NCBI GenBank assembly: GCA_963829525.1
Contig: CAWHIJ010000003.1
Location: forward strand, 1,408,001-1,472,000
Origin: an uncultured Actinomycetota bacterium
GTDB lineage: Bacteria; Actinomycetota; Actinomycetes; JAHEKZ01
Length of the DNA: 64,000 bases
Direction: 5' to 3'
The notes beneath the pieces were generated by a model. The model had not been told where the DNA came from. It made no database searches and was given only the letters and a program-made list of their open reading frames with translations. Within the stretch, counting starts at the first letter, position 1, and every line of letters begins with the position of its first letter. A program made the position numbers and the translations under genes. Of this stretch, positions 47,342 through 56,585 are shown piece after piece.

Positions 47342-48553
47342 ATGCAGGAGCATGATCCCTATCGAGAGGTGGAAGGAGAGCCGGTGCCTCAGGCCTCGCC
47401 GCACCTTCGTGACGGGTGGTCCAAGCTGGCGACCCGTCGGGCCGTATGGATGTTGCTCGCGCTGAACCTGGTGGCGGCCGTTGCTATCGCGGTGGTCTCT
47501 GTGGCTTCTGACAGTGCATCCAACGTCATCGCTCTGTTGCTGCCGCTGACCTTTGTCGCGATCGGCGGTCTCGTAACGCTCCGGCAGACGGGCAACGGGG
47601 AGGCGTGGATCCTCCTGGCGATTGCGACGTCATGGTCGTTCGCTCTCCTGAACCCTCTCGATGGATCGTGGGTTCCGGCCGTCATGCTGATGACCACCCA
47701 GTTGCTCCTGAGGTTCCCCGATGGTCAACTGCCGTCGTTGCGCTGGCGGTGGTTCTCCGCATTGACGATCATCTTGATCCCGGTTCTGACTTTCGTCGTG
47801 AGCTGCGGGGGCACGCTTCGCGAGGATGGGACGTCGAACCCCTACTACCTGCCGTGGGTAAGCCATCTGTTGGTACTGATGGTTCTGCTGCCGGTGGTGA
47901 TGGTTGCCAGTGCTGCGAGTCTGGTGGTGCGGTACCGGACTGCCGCACGTCTGCAACGTGAGCAGATCCGATGGCTGGCCTGGTCCGGCTCGGTTGTCGT
48001 TGTCTTGTACATCGTCACCCTCGCAACGTCGCTCTGGTTCGACTCTGATCACCAAGTCGACAGTTCGTCATCATCTTGGTTCGCTGGTAACTACCCGCTG
48101 TGGCTGAACCTGCTCCAACTGTGTGCGCTCTTGTCCTTCCTGCTGATTCCTGCCGCCATCGGGGTAGCTATCTTGAGGTACCGCCTGTACGAGATCGACC
48201 GCCTGATCAGTCGCACCGTGTCTTATGGCCTCGTAACAGGGCTCGTTGTTGCCACCTACGTGGTGGTCGTCACCTTGATCTCAAGGCTCGCCCCGGCGTC
48301 ATCCAGTCTGGCTACGGCGGCAGCTACATTGACGGCTGCAGCGATCTTTCGTCCATTGCTGCGCGGGGTTCAGAAGGTGGTGGACCGACGGTTCAATCGC
48401 GCCAGCTACGACTCCGCCCAAACGGTGGAGGACTTTGGGGAGAGTCTGCGCCACGAGGTGGACACTGACCGGATCTCGGTGGGGCTGGCTGCCGCAGTGC
48501 AGCAGTCCCTGGAGCCGCAATCGCTGACGATCTGGCTACGGAACTCTCCATGA
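47342..48553 (+). CDS. Polytopic membrane protein resembling the N-terminal sensor region of actinobacterial histidine kinases, with no output domain
   Basis: LRFPDGQLPSLRWR, QREQIRWL, AILRYRLYEIDRLISRT, VDRRFNRASYD; stops without an H-box. Confidence 0.8.
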   Translation: MQEHDPYREVEGEPVPQASPHLRDGWSKLATRRAVWMLLALNLVAAVAIAVVSVASDSASNVIALLLPLTFVAIGGLVTLRQTGNGEAWILLAIATSWSFALLNPLDGSWVPAVMLMTTQLLLRFPDGQLPSLRWRWFSALTIILIPVLTFVVSCGGTLREDGTSNPYYLPWVSHLLVLMVLLPVVMVASAASLVVRYRTAARLQREQIRWLAWSGSVVVVLYIVTLATSLWFDSDHQVDSSSSSWFAGNYPLWLNLLQLCALLSFLLIPAAIGVAILRYRLYEIDRLISRTVSYGLVTGLVVATYVVVVTLISRLAPASSSLATAAATLTAAAIFRPLLRGVQKVVDRRFNRASYDSAQTVEDFGESLRHEVDTDRISVGLAAAVQQSLEPQSLTIWLRNSP

Positions 48554-48576
48554 TCGTGCTGATGATGCGATCGCTG

Positions 48577-49158
48577 CTACGGCGTCCGGCCCACACCTTC
48601 GTGGAAGTCGGGGTCGTCGGCGACCGGCGGCCACTGGTACTGGTGGCCCAACTCCTCGCCCCACTTGGTGGCACGGTCGCTCTCGCCCTCAAGCAGGCTT
48701 GAGTGCCGATCGACGAGGAAGCTCTCGGGGTGGGAAACCATCGTGAAGCCGCGCTTGCTGAGCCTGTGGCTGATTCCACGAGAGGCGCGCCCAGTCAGGA
48801 TCGCCGTCGTGTCTATGCGGGTGTCGAAGGCTGCGGCGCGTTTGTCTACGACCGGGCCAAGTTCGTCGAACCAGTCGCGCAGACCTGGGCCTGCGGCGGC
48901 AGCGTCGAGATGCAGTGTGCCGTCCGACTTGGCCGCCGCGTCGACGGCGCTCTTGCGGGAGGTGGCCGAGGTCATGCCGTGGGCATGCGTCGGGCCGCCA
49001 ACCACTACCAGATCAGCCGAGGCCACATCCTCGTCGGTCGCGTCAGCGACCGAAACCACACTGACCTCACCGTGCACGCGCAGCCCCTCAGCAATTTGGT
49101 CGGCGAGTAGGTGCGTGTTGCCGTACATGGACTCGTAGACAATTAAACTGCGCATCAT
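48577..49158 (-). CDS. Flavodoxin-like protein
   Basis: IVYESMYGNT, LVVVGGPTHAHGM, GLRDWF, AAAFDTR; SD GGAGG. Confidence 0.9.
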   Translation of the reverse strand: MMRSLIVYESMYGNTHLLADQIAEGLRVHGEVSVVSVADATDEDVASADLVVVGGPTHAHGMTSATSRKSAVDAAAKSDGTLHLDAAAAGPGLRDWFDELGPVVDKRAAAFDTRIDTTAILTGRASRGISHRLSKRGFTMVSHPESFLVDRHSSLLEGESDRATKWGEELGHQYQWPPVADDPDFHEGVGRTP

Positions 49159-49279
49159 GGGCCTCCCGTCCTCCTACCTCCAGCATGTGGTGTAGTCGGA
49201 TCGCGATCCAGGGTCGGACGTCCTGATCGGGCCGGCTCGAAACCTCTTGAAGGTAACGAGTGCCTGCTCGACGCCGTGT

Positions 49280-49398
49280 GCTCTTGTCGCTCGTGCTGAT
49301 TGCTGCCGCTATCGGGGTAGCTGGCGGACCGACGGTTCAATCGCGCCAGCTACGACTCTGCCCAAATGGTGGACGACTTCGGGGAGAGTCTGCGCCAC
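49280..49398 (+). pseudogene. Internally deleted duplicate fragment of the 47342-48553 membrane gene
   Basis: 49280-49322 matches 48127-48169 (38/43) and 49326-49398 matches 48382-48454 (69/73), counted by eye. Confidence 0.85.
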
Positions 49399-49424
49399 AA
49401 CGCCTCTCACTTTGGAGTGCCCCG

Positions 49425-50858
49425 TCAGCGGCACGTTGCGCCTGAGCACCACTTCTTCTGGCTGAGGAGAGCGGCGAGCCGGGCCTGCTTGGTGGCGTAG
49501 TCGGGCTTACCCGCCACGTTGACCAGCTCGTACGGGTCGGCGGTGAGGTCGTACAGTTCCTTCCTGCCGGTTTCACGTTCGATGTACTTCATGTGGTCGG
49601 TGACGATTCCGTGATAGAGCCATGGCAGTGGATCGGACGTGGCCTTCGTGTCAGTGGCCTCGATCAGCACTCCTTTGCGGGCCACCGACGGGGTGAGGCC
49701 CCGCATCTGTGCAAGGAGCGAAAGACCATCGACACTTTCCGGGATGGGTAGCGCGGCCATCTCCATCACCGTGGGAGCGAAGTCGATTTGGGATGTGGCG
49801 TCCGGCACGCGGGCACCGGCAGGGATGCCGGGACCACGCACTATGAAAGGCACATGATTGGCGATCTCGTAGGGGGCTACCTTGCCTCCCCGAATTCGAT
49901 GCTCGCCGAGAATGTAGCCGTTGTCAGACGTGAACATCAGGTAGGTGTTGTCCAGCTCTCCAGATGCGCGCAGGGCATGGATGATCCGTATCACCTGGTC
50001 CCGAGCGCTTAACTCAGCTTCGCGGCGCTGAGCATTCTGCTCCACCAGACTCTGAATCTCAGTGGTGCTAAGCGGTGGAGGGCGCAGCGGTTTGTCGGAA
50101 ACGTTGGCCTCGTTGAAGGACGGGTCTCCGGTGCCCTGGCCGGCGAAGCGATCCACATACCTCGCGTCCACGTACGGCGATGGGTTTGTGAACCAGGAGG
50201 GGTCATCGGTACGGGGGGTACCGTCATGGGGGGCCACAAGGGACGCGTAGAGAAAGAACGGCTCAGCAGCAGGTGCGTTGCGGGTGACGAAGTCGCTGGC
50301 CAGCGCTCCTATGGTGTCGGTCTGGTAGCCGGGGAGTGATTTGTATGCCCCCGCTGGTCCCTTATCAATCCACCACGACGAGCCGGTGTACGCGTACATC
50401 CCCTTCGGCACCATCCACTCGTCCCAGCCCGGCGGAGTGTAAGGAGGGGCGTACTGATTGAAGTACTTGCCGATCAGCCCAGTGCGATAGGTCGGATCCA
50501 GCCAGGTCGCCAACGTGGAGGCGTCGTTGAACTCTCTGAAACCACCCTGAGGAGCCGTATTGCTCAACACACCGTGATTGTGGGAGTACTGCCCAGTGAG
50601 CAGAGTGGCTCGTGCCGGACAGCAAAGCGGAAACGGAGAGTAGAAGTGAGTGAAGGTGGCTCCGGCGTCGCCAATCCTTCGCTGTACCTCCGGCATAGCC
50701 ATCATGTCGTCGTACCGCGCGTCATCGAGAAGGATCAACACCACGTTGGGCGCAGGAGATTCACCCTCCAGCAGTGGCGTGACCGCCTCTGCTGGCCCAG
50801 CCAGTGAGGCAGCAAGTGTGCAAACTACAAGGCCTTGCAGAACGATACGGCGGATCAC
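49425..50858 (-). CDS. Secreted Cys-type sulfatase (N-acetylglucosamine-6-sulfatase-like)
   Basis: Signal peptide ending ...AGPAEA; PNVVLILLDD, CCPARATLLTG (CxPxR), GKY, FTSDNG, ELYDLTADPYELVN. Confidence 0.92.
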   Translation of the reverse strand: MIRRIVLQGLVVCTLAASLAGPAEAVTPLLEGESPAPNVVLILLDDARYDDMMAMPEVQRRIGDAGATFTHFYSPFPLCCPARATLLTGQYSHNHGVLSNTAPQGGFREFNDASTLATWLDPTYRTGLIGKYFNQYAPPYTPPGWDEWMVPKGMYAYTGSSWWIDKGPAGAYKSLPGYQTDTIGALASDFVTRNAPAAEPFFLYASLVAPHDGTPRTDDPSWFTNPSPYVDARYVDRFAGQGTGDPSFNEANVSDKPLRPPPLSTTEIQSLVEQNAQRREAELSARDQVIRIIHALRASGELDNTYLMFTSDNGYILGEHRIRGGKVAPYEIANHVPFIVRGPGIPAGARVPDATSQIDFAPTVMEMAALPIPESVDGLSLLAQMRGLTPSVARKGVLIEATDTKATSDPLPWLYHGIVTDHMKYIERETGRKELYDLTADPYELVNVAGKPDYATKQARLAALLSQKKWCSGATCR

Positions 50859-51406
50859 AGAAGCTCCTCGAGTCGAGCAGTTGCCGGTCGACTTCAAGTC
50901 TTTGAAGCGCGTGCGCCAGCCGCGACAGGCGTGATTCTGCTCTTGTCTCCTGTGCCAAAGCAGAAGGCGCGCCGGTCTTGATGGTCGAGTTGGCGACGCA
51001 GATTGGACGCTTTGGGTTGGCTACTTACTGGATCGCCGTAGGCTCCGACCAGCCGAGATTCCAGGCTCGCGAGATCTCGGTGCACAGCGGGCGCGCACGC
51101 TGGCGTTTAAGAACTCGGCGACTGGCCCGGCCTGCCCTACGGGCCGTGTGGCGAGTAGCTGTGCACCCTGGGGTCGCCGGTGGCGCGCCAGGACGGAGAC
51201 GGGCGGCTGATGACTTGGAGTCGCGATCTCTCCCATACTCATTGGTGATGCTTCGATGCCGCAGCGTTCCTTCCAGGTCGCGTCTTCGCGTTGTCGGATG
51301 GATACGAAGATAGGCATAGTGCCAGTGAATGGCTTGTCGTAGCCTGTTGCCCATTTCGTTTAGGGCCGATACGTTTCGACACCTCGGGCGACCTGAAGGA
51401 GTAGGC

Positions 51407-52603
51407 ATGCTACGGATCGCGCGGCGGCGTTTTGTGGGTACAGCTGAGGTTGCGGCACTCATCTTGATCGGATCCGTACTCATTCTGGCAGCGCCACCTG
51501 CGTTCGCGGCGGCTTCAGGGACGCTGGCACTGTCACTGGACCCCAACTCGAACGTGTTGGAGCCAGGCGGCAGCGTCACAGTGACGGTGCAAAACACCGA
51601 TGCCAAGAAGTCGACCACCGCGTTGAATGCCACACTGACGAATCCGACGGCATTTCAGAAGGTCGATGGTTGCTCGGGGACAGCGCTTGGTCCCGGCAAG
51701 ACCTGCCAGATCATTGTCACCAGCGTGCTGGCTTCTGTGCCGTCAGTTGACCAGACCACGACTCTCACGGTGAAGGGGAAGAAGGCCGGTACCACCAGTC
51801 CAAAGAGCGTTACGTTGGTGGTCTTTGGGAGCGGATGTCGCGTGGCCAATACTGTAACGTCGACTTCGTACACTGACCTGCAGGCAGCAATAGAAGACGC
51901 CAGCAGTGACGATGCGCTCAACATCAGAGGGACCTGCGACGGTAACTTCACCATCGACAAGAACCTGACCCTCAACGGGGTCGCAAGTGCTGGAACCCCC
52001 ACTCTTGACGCAAACCTGGTCGGCGTCACCCTGGGGATCAGCGAAACGGCCGCGGTCATCATCGACAGCCTGACGATCACAGGCGGGACCGGCGTTGGCG
52101 GGCAGGCATTGGGTGGCGGGATTGAAAACCACGGCATCCTCACGTTGAACGGTTCAGCATCGGTGTCAGGCAACATGACGTCAGTGGGTGGCGGGATCAG
52201 GAATTTCGGCACGCTCACGATGAACGACTCGTCATCCGTGACGGAAAACCGGTTTCAGGCTGGGGCTGGCATCTCAAACGAGGGCGGTAGCGTCACGATG
52301 AACGACGACTCATCCGTATCGGACAACACAGCAGAGCTGCGCGGTGCGGGCATCGGCAATGGCGGCACACTCACCATGAATGACAACGCGTCGGTATCGG
52401 GAAACAACGGAGCCGAGTTGGGCGGCGGCATCGTCAATGGGGGGACACTCACCATGAACGCCAACTCGTCGGTCTGGGGGAACAGCGCAGCGGTCGGCGG
52501 CGGCATTGTCAACTACGAAGGCATAGGCGTCTACTTCGGAGCGGTCGCCGGAGTCAACGTTTACCGCAACACCCCCGAGGATATTGTCCAGTACTCACCG
52601 TGA
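51407..52603 (+). CDS. Secreted protein: Ig-like domain followed by GGxI-repeat right-handed beta-helix (Pmp-like)
   Basis: Signal peptide ending ...PAFA; DGCSGTALGPGKTCQI; LQAAI...GTC; about six G(G/A)GIxN..TLTMND.SSVS.N repeats; SD GAAGGAG. Confidence 0.8.
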   Translation: MLRIARRRFVGTAEVAALILIGSVLILAAPPAFAAASGTLALSLDPNSNVLEPGGSVTVTVQNTDAKKSTTALNATLTNPTAFQKVDGCSGTALGPGKTCQIIVTSVLASVPSVDQTTTLTVKGKKAGTTSPKSVTLVVFGSGCRVANTVTSTSYTDLQAAIEDASSDDALNIRGTCDGNFTIDKNLTLNGVASAGTPTLDANLVGVTLGISETAAVIIDSLTITGGTGVGGQALGGGIENHGILTLNGSASVSGNMTSVGGGIRNFGTLTMNDSSSVTENRFQAGAGISNEGGSVTMNDDSSVSDNTAELRGAGIGNGGTLTMNDNASVSGNNGAELGGGIVNGGTLTMNANSSVWGNSAAVGGGIVNYEGIGVYFGAVAGVNVYRNTPEDIVQYSP

Positions 52604-52732
52604 CGACCACGGTGTTCGAACCTCCGGAATCACCCGCCTCTGACCTCAAGGGAAGTATCGATTCACTCTGATGGCGCTGGTTCGCTCCTCTTCGGAGCGA
52701 AGGGCTCCTCGTGTGGGGTGCGCGATCGGGGG

Positions 52733-53015
52733 CTATGCCCCCGGAGCTCGGGTAACGCGGATCGCCTGCTGGTCTACCGTCGGCGAGCCACGCCGCTGGC
52801 GTTTACCTCCATAGTGCGCGTCATCCTCGTCGTAGTAGCCCTCGCAGTTGTACCAGGCGTGCATCGGCACATGTCCAGGGTCCTTCTGGAACTCGACCTC
52901 ACCCCAGACTGCCAGCGTCCTCTCGATCGAGATGCCCGCGCCACGTCGCTCGAACGTAATGGTGGAAGGATCGTCGAGCTCGTTCTCCACCCATGCTTCA
53001 CATGTCTCCCACGCC
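52733..53015 (-). pseudogene. Probable 5'-truncated hypothetical gene fragment
   Basis: AWETCEAWVENELDDPSTITF... looks protein-like, but its 5' part overlaps the integrase fragment on the opposite strand. Confidence 0.35.
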
Positions 53016-53581
53016 CACCGAGCAGGTGTGGGCGCTACACGACGCGATGCCCGAACACCTGCGTGCTGCCGTGCTTCTGGGGGCCTTCGCGGGACTGCGC
53101 GTGTCGGAGGTGTGTTGGCTTCGAGTGCGCGACGTGGACTACATGCACGGCGTGATCCACCCAACGGTGCAATACCCGTCCGAGACTCTGAAATCAGACA
53201 CCGCGTCGATGCCCGTGCCCATCCCGCAAGACTTAGCGATGGCCCTGGCGGCGCACGTCACATCGTCGTCTTGGGGCGAGACGCTTCTATGCAACGAGTG
53301 GGGGAAGCAGCTGCACCCGCGGACGCTAGAGCCCACTATCGGGCTGCTCGGGATCGGGTCGCAGGACTCCCGCCCGGCTTCCGGTTCCACGACCTGCGCC
53401 ACTACTACGCAAGCCTTCTCATCAAGGACGGCGGTGACGTGAGAGTGGTCCAGGCACGGATGCGACACGGACCGGCCAAGACCACCCTCGACACCTACGC
53501 GCACATGCGGCCCGACAGTGACGACTGCACAGGGGCCACCGTGGCGTCCGTTTCGCCCAACGTGCGGACTCATTGCGGACT
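53010..53581 (+). mobile_element. Decayed tyrosine recombinase (phage/ICE-type integrase), catalytic half only, frameshifted near 53335
   Basis: LLGAFAGLRVSEV (catalytic Arg), LKS, then in another frame FRFHDLRHYYASLLI, QARMRH, TTLDTYAH; N-terminal domain absent. Confidence 0.9.
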
Positions 53582-53628
53582 TCAGGGGAGGGCCGCGCGT
53601 GAAACTGCAGGTCAGCGCCTCACTGGTG

Positions 53629-55053
53629 CTAAATGTCGTAGTAGAGCTCGAACTCATGCGGGGTCGGGCGCAGCTGGATCGGGGCGACCTCGTTCTGGCG
53701 CTTCCAGTCGATCCATGTCTCGATCAGGTCCGGTGTGAAAACGCCGCCTTCGAGCAGGTACTCGTGGTCCTTCTCCAGCGCAGTGAGCACCTCGGGCAGC
53801 GAGCCCGGCACCTGCGGGATGTCAGCGCGCTCTTCGGGCGGCAGTTCGTAGAGGTCCTTGTCGACTGGTTCCGGCGGCTCGATCTTGTTCTTAACCCCAT
53901 CAATGCCGGCGAGCAGCATGGCCGCGAATGCGAGATACGGGTTCGCCGACGGATCGGGGACGCGGAACTCGATCCGCTTGGCCTTCGGGTTGCTTCCGGT
54001 GATCGGGATGCGAATGCAGGCCGAACGGTTGCGCTGTGAGTAGACCAGGTTGACCGGTGCCTCGTAGCCAGGGACCAGGCGGCGGAAGCTGTTGACCGTC
54101 GGGTTGGTGAAAGCGAGCAGGCTCGGTGCGTGTGCCAGGAGCCCGCCGATGTACCAGCGCGCGGTGTCCGAAAGGCCGCCGTACCCCATCTCGTCGTAGA
54201 AGAGGGGGACGCCATCCTTCCAGAGGCTTTGGTGGCAGTGCATACCAGAGCCGTTGTCGCCGAAGAGTGGCTTGGGCATGAAGGTCGCGGTGCGACCGTT
54301 CTTCCATGCCACGTTCTTGATGATGTACTTGAAGAGCATGATCTGGTCGGCTGAGTGCGTCAGCGTGGAGAACTTGTAGTTGATCTCGGCCTGCCCGCCG
54401 GTACCAACCTCGTGGTGGGCGCGCTCAACCTCGAGGCCAGCGTCCCCCAGGGCAAGGCTCATCTCGTCGCGTAGGTCGGCGAAGTGGTCGACGGGGGGAA
54501 CGGGGAAGTAGCCACCCTTGAAGCGCGTCTTGTAGCCCAGGTTGCCGCCCTCTTCCTTGCGACCGCTGTTCCACGCGCCTTCGATGGAGTCGACGAAATA
54601 GCTGGCGGTGTTCTGCTTGGTCTCGAAGCGCACGTCGTCGAAGACGTAGAACTCGGCCTCGGCGCCGAAGTAGACCGTGTCGGCGATCCCGGTGCTCTTG
54701 AGGTACTCCTCGGCCTTGGCCGCGATGTTGCGTGGGTCGCGGCTGTACGGCTCATCGGTGAAGGGGTCGCGGATCGAGAAGTTGATGACAAGCGTCTTCT
54801 CGGCGCGGAACGGGTCGATGTAGGCGGTCTTGGGGTCGGGCACGAGCTTCATGTCTGACTCGTGAATGGCTTGAAAGCCACGGATCGAGGAGCCGTCGAA
54901 CATCAAGCCCTCGTCGAAGGCTGCCTGATCAAAGCTGGTGGCCGGCACGTTGAAGTGCTGCATCACCCCCGGCAGGTCACAGAAACGGACGTCAACGAAC
55001 TTCACGTCGTTGTTCTTGATGTAGCCAAGGACTTCGTCAGCGCTAGTGAACAT
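53629..55053 (-). CDS. glnA: Glutamine synthetase type I (GSI-beta, adenylylated class)
   Basis: [49 protein letters not shown] adenylylation site, [10 protein letters not shown]; SD GGAGG. Confidence 0.98.
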   Translation of the reverse strand: MFTSADEVLGYIKNNDVKFVDVRFCDLPGVMQHFNVPATSFDQAAFDEGLMFDGSSIRGFQAIHESDMKLVPDPKTAYIDPFRAEKTLVINFSIRDPFTDEPYSRDPRNIAAKAEEYLKSTGIADTVYFGAEAEFYVFDDVRFETKQNTASYFVDSIEGAWNSGRKEEGGNLGYKTRFKGGYFPVPPVDHFADLRDEMSLALGDAGLEVERAHHEVGTGGQAEINYKFSTLTHSADQIMLFKYIIKNVAWKNGRTATFMPKPLFGDNGSGMHCHQSLWKDGVPLFYDEMGYGGLSDTARWYIGGLLAHAPSLLAFTNPTVNSFRRLVPGYEAPVNLVYSQRNRSACIRIPITGSNPKAKRIEFRVPDPSANPYLAFAAMLLAGIDGVKNKIEPPEPVDKDLYELPPEERADIPQVPGSLPEVLTALEKDHEYLLEGGVFTPDLIETWIDWKRQNEVAPIQLRPTPHEFELYYDI

Positions 55054-55128
55054 GCATCCTCCAGAAGGGCCGGCTCGCTTCCCCACGAGCCGGGGCGGGC
55101 GGAACGTGCGTGACGCTACGGGGGTGCG

Positions 55129-55166
55129 GTTTCCCGTCGGTGTCCCCAGTGTTTCAGCCGCGTTAC
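55129..55166 (-). promoter_or_regulatory. Double GlnR box upstream of glnA1
   Basis: GTAAC-GCGGCT-GAAAC-ACTGGG-GACAC-CGACGG-GAAAC, 11-bp periodic. Confidence 0.85.
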
Positions 55167-55296
55167 TTGACGCAGTTGGGGGCATCTAGTCGATGACCGA
55201 CAGCGCCACCCGCAGGCGGCCCAGGACCTCGCCGGACGTCGCTCCGCCTCTCATCGCATCCTCGACGCGGGAGCCGCTGCCGCGCCGCAGCGGCTG

Positions 55297-55923
55297 TCAG
55301 GCGGGGCTCTGAAGAGTGGCGTCCCGGCGCATCGCCCACGCCGCCGGCCCGTTCTTGCCGAGGGTTGCCTCCTCGAGCACGCTGAACCCGAGCCGTTCGT
55401 AGAAAGGCACGTTGGCGGGGGTGTTGGTGTTGAGGTAGCACGGCAGCCCCGCCTGGTCCGCCCGGTTCAACCCGTCGCGCACGAGTGCGCTGCCGCGTCC
55501 CCGACCCTGCAGCGCAGGGTCCACTCCGACGATCAGCAGCTCCCAGTGAAGTCCGCTCATGTGGCGCTTGTGGATTTTGTCCATGACCCCGTTCGCACCC
55601 CCGAACCGGGCCAAGGGCCGCAGCCCGGTCCGCAAGGGCACGGCGAGCATTCCGCAGCGGACCAACCGCCCGGGGGACATCGGTACCCCGGGCGGGATCC
55701 AGATCGCGACGCACCGGCCCTCGTCGGACTGCCGGACGTACCCATAGCGCAGCCCGTACTCGAGAGGCACCCGGTTGAGTCGGCGCAGGCCGCGTGACCG
55801 GGCAGCAGGGTCGGGGAACACCCACCCGAACATCGAATCGTCCATGAAGGCCGCCACGAGCGTGTCGTTGGCCGCGTCCAACATTGACCGGTCGAACGGT
55901 GCGACTGCAGAGCTGTCATCCAT
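55297..55923 (-). CDS. GNAT-family N-acetyltransferase
   Basis: AAFMDD, WELLIVGVDPALQGRGRGSAL, CYLNT...NVPFYERLGF. Confidence 0.9.
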   Translation of the reverse strand: MDDSSAVAPFDRSMLDAANDTLVAAFMDDSMFGWVFPDPAARSRGLRRLNRVPLEYGLRYGYVRQSDEGRCVAIWIPPGVPMSPGRLVRCGMLAVPLRTGLRPLARFGGANGVMDKIHKRHMSGLHWELLIVGVDPALQGRGRGSALVRDGLNRADQAGLPCYLNTNTPANVPFYERLGFSVLEEATLGKNGPAAWAMRRDATLQSPA

Positions 55924-56113
55924 ACCGAAACTCCGCTTCGTGGGTTAAGGGACCCGAACGTACCCGCTGGCCAAATCGGCGGAGGCCTGGGGGGCTGAGG
56001 TGGCGGTAACGGCACCAAGGTGACGTTCGACGTCACCTGATCATCGTGCCCAGGGGACGGAAGCGCGGGTCGCCGCGGGTGCGCCACGCGTGGCTGGCCC
56101 GTACCGTGGAGAG

Positions 56114-56584
56114 GTGGATCGCAAAGACATCGGATCGTGGCTCTCGGGGCCGCAGATCGATAACGGGCTCGACGGGACGATCGGGTATCCAGGCGAACGC
56201 CTCGGAATGCCCCCGTCCGGCCGCGGATCGGTGACCACCTGGGGTCGCCGCATCCTGGCGCTGGTCATCGATTGGTTCGTGGTCTTGGGCGTCTCTCTCG
56301 CACTGGTTGGACCGCCGAAGCCGGGCGATGACACCTTTGGGTTCGTCAACCTGGCCGTCTTGGTGTTGATGTACGTCACGCTGCTGATGACTGCTAGCGC
56401 AACGCTCGGGATGTGGCTGGTAGGTCTTGCCGTGTGGCCCGTCGGTTCGCAGCGGTTGTCGTTCCTGAGGGTCGTTGGCCGGTCGGTTCTGCTGGCGCTA
56501 GTCATCCCCGCTGTCGTCTACGACCGCGACCGACGCGGTCTGCACGACAAGGTCGGCGGCACTGTTGTGGTGCGCGTCCGCTAA
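56114..56584 (+). CDS. RDD-family membrane protein
   Basis: VDRKDIGSWLSGP, YPGERLG, GRRILALVIDW, DRDRRGLHD; conserved glnA1 neighbour. Confidence 0.92.
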   Translation: MDRKDIGSWLSGPQIDNGLDGTIGYPGERLGMPPSGRGSVTTWGRRILALVIDWFVVLGVSLALVGPPKPGDDTFGFVNLAVLVLMYVTLLMTASATLGMWLVGLAVWPVGSQRLSFLRVVGRSVLLALVIPAVVYDRDRRGLHDKVGGTVVVRVR

Positions 56585-56585
56585 G

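Noticed and set aside
52610-52830. Second att site duplicating the glnA1 3' end
   Set aside because: Only a 9-10 nt match (GTCGTAGTAG near 52819-52828) and a vague similarity near 52665; not distinguishable from chance
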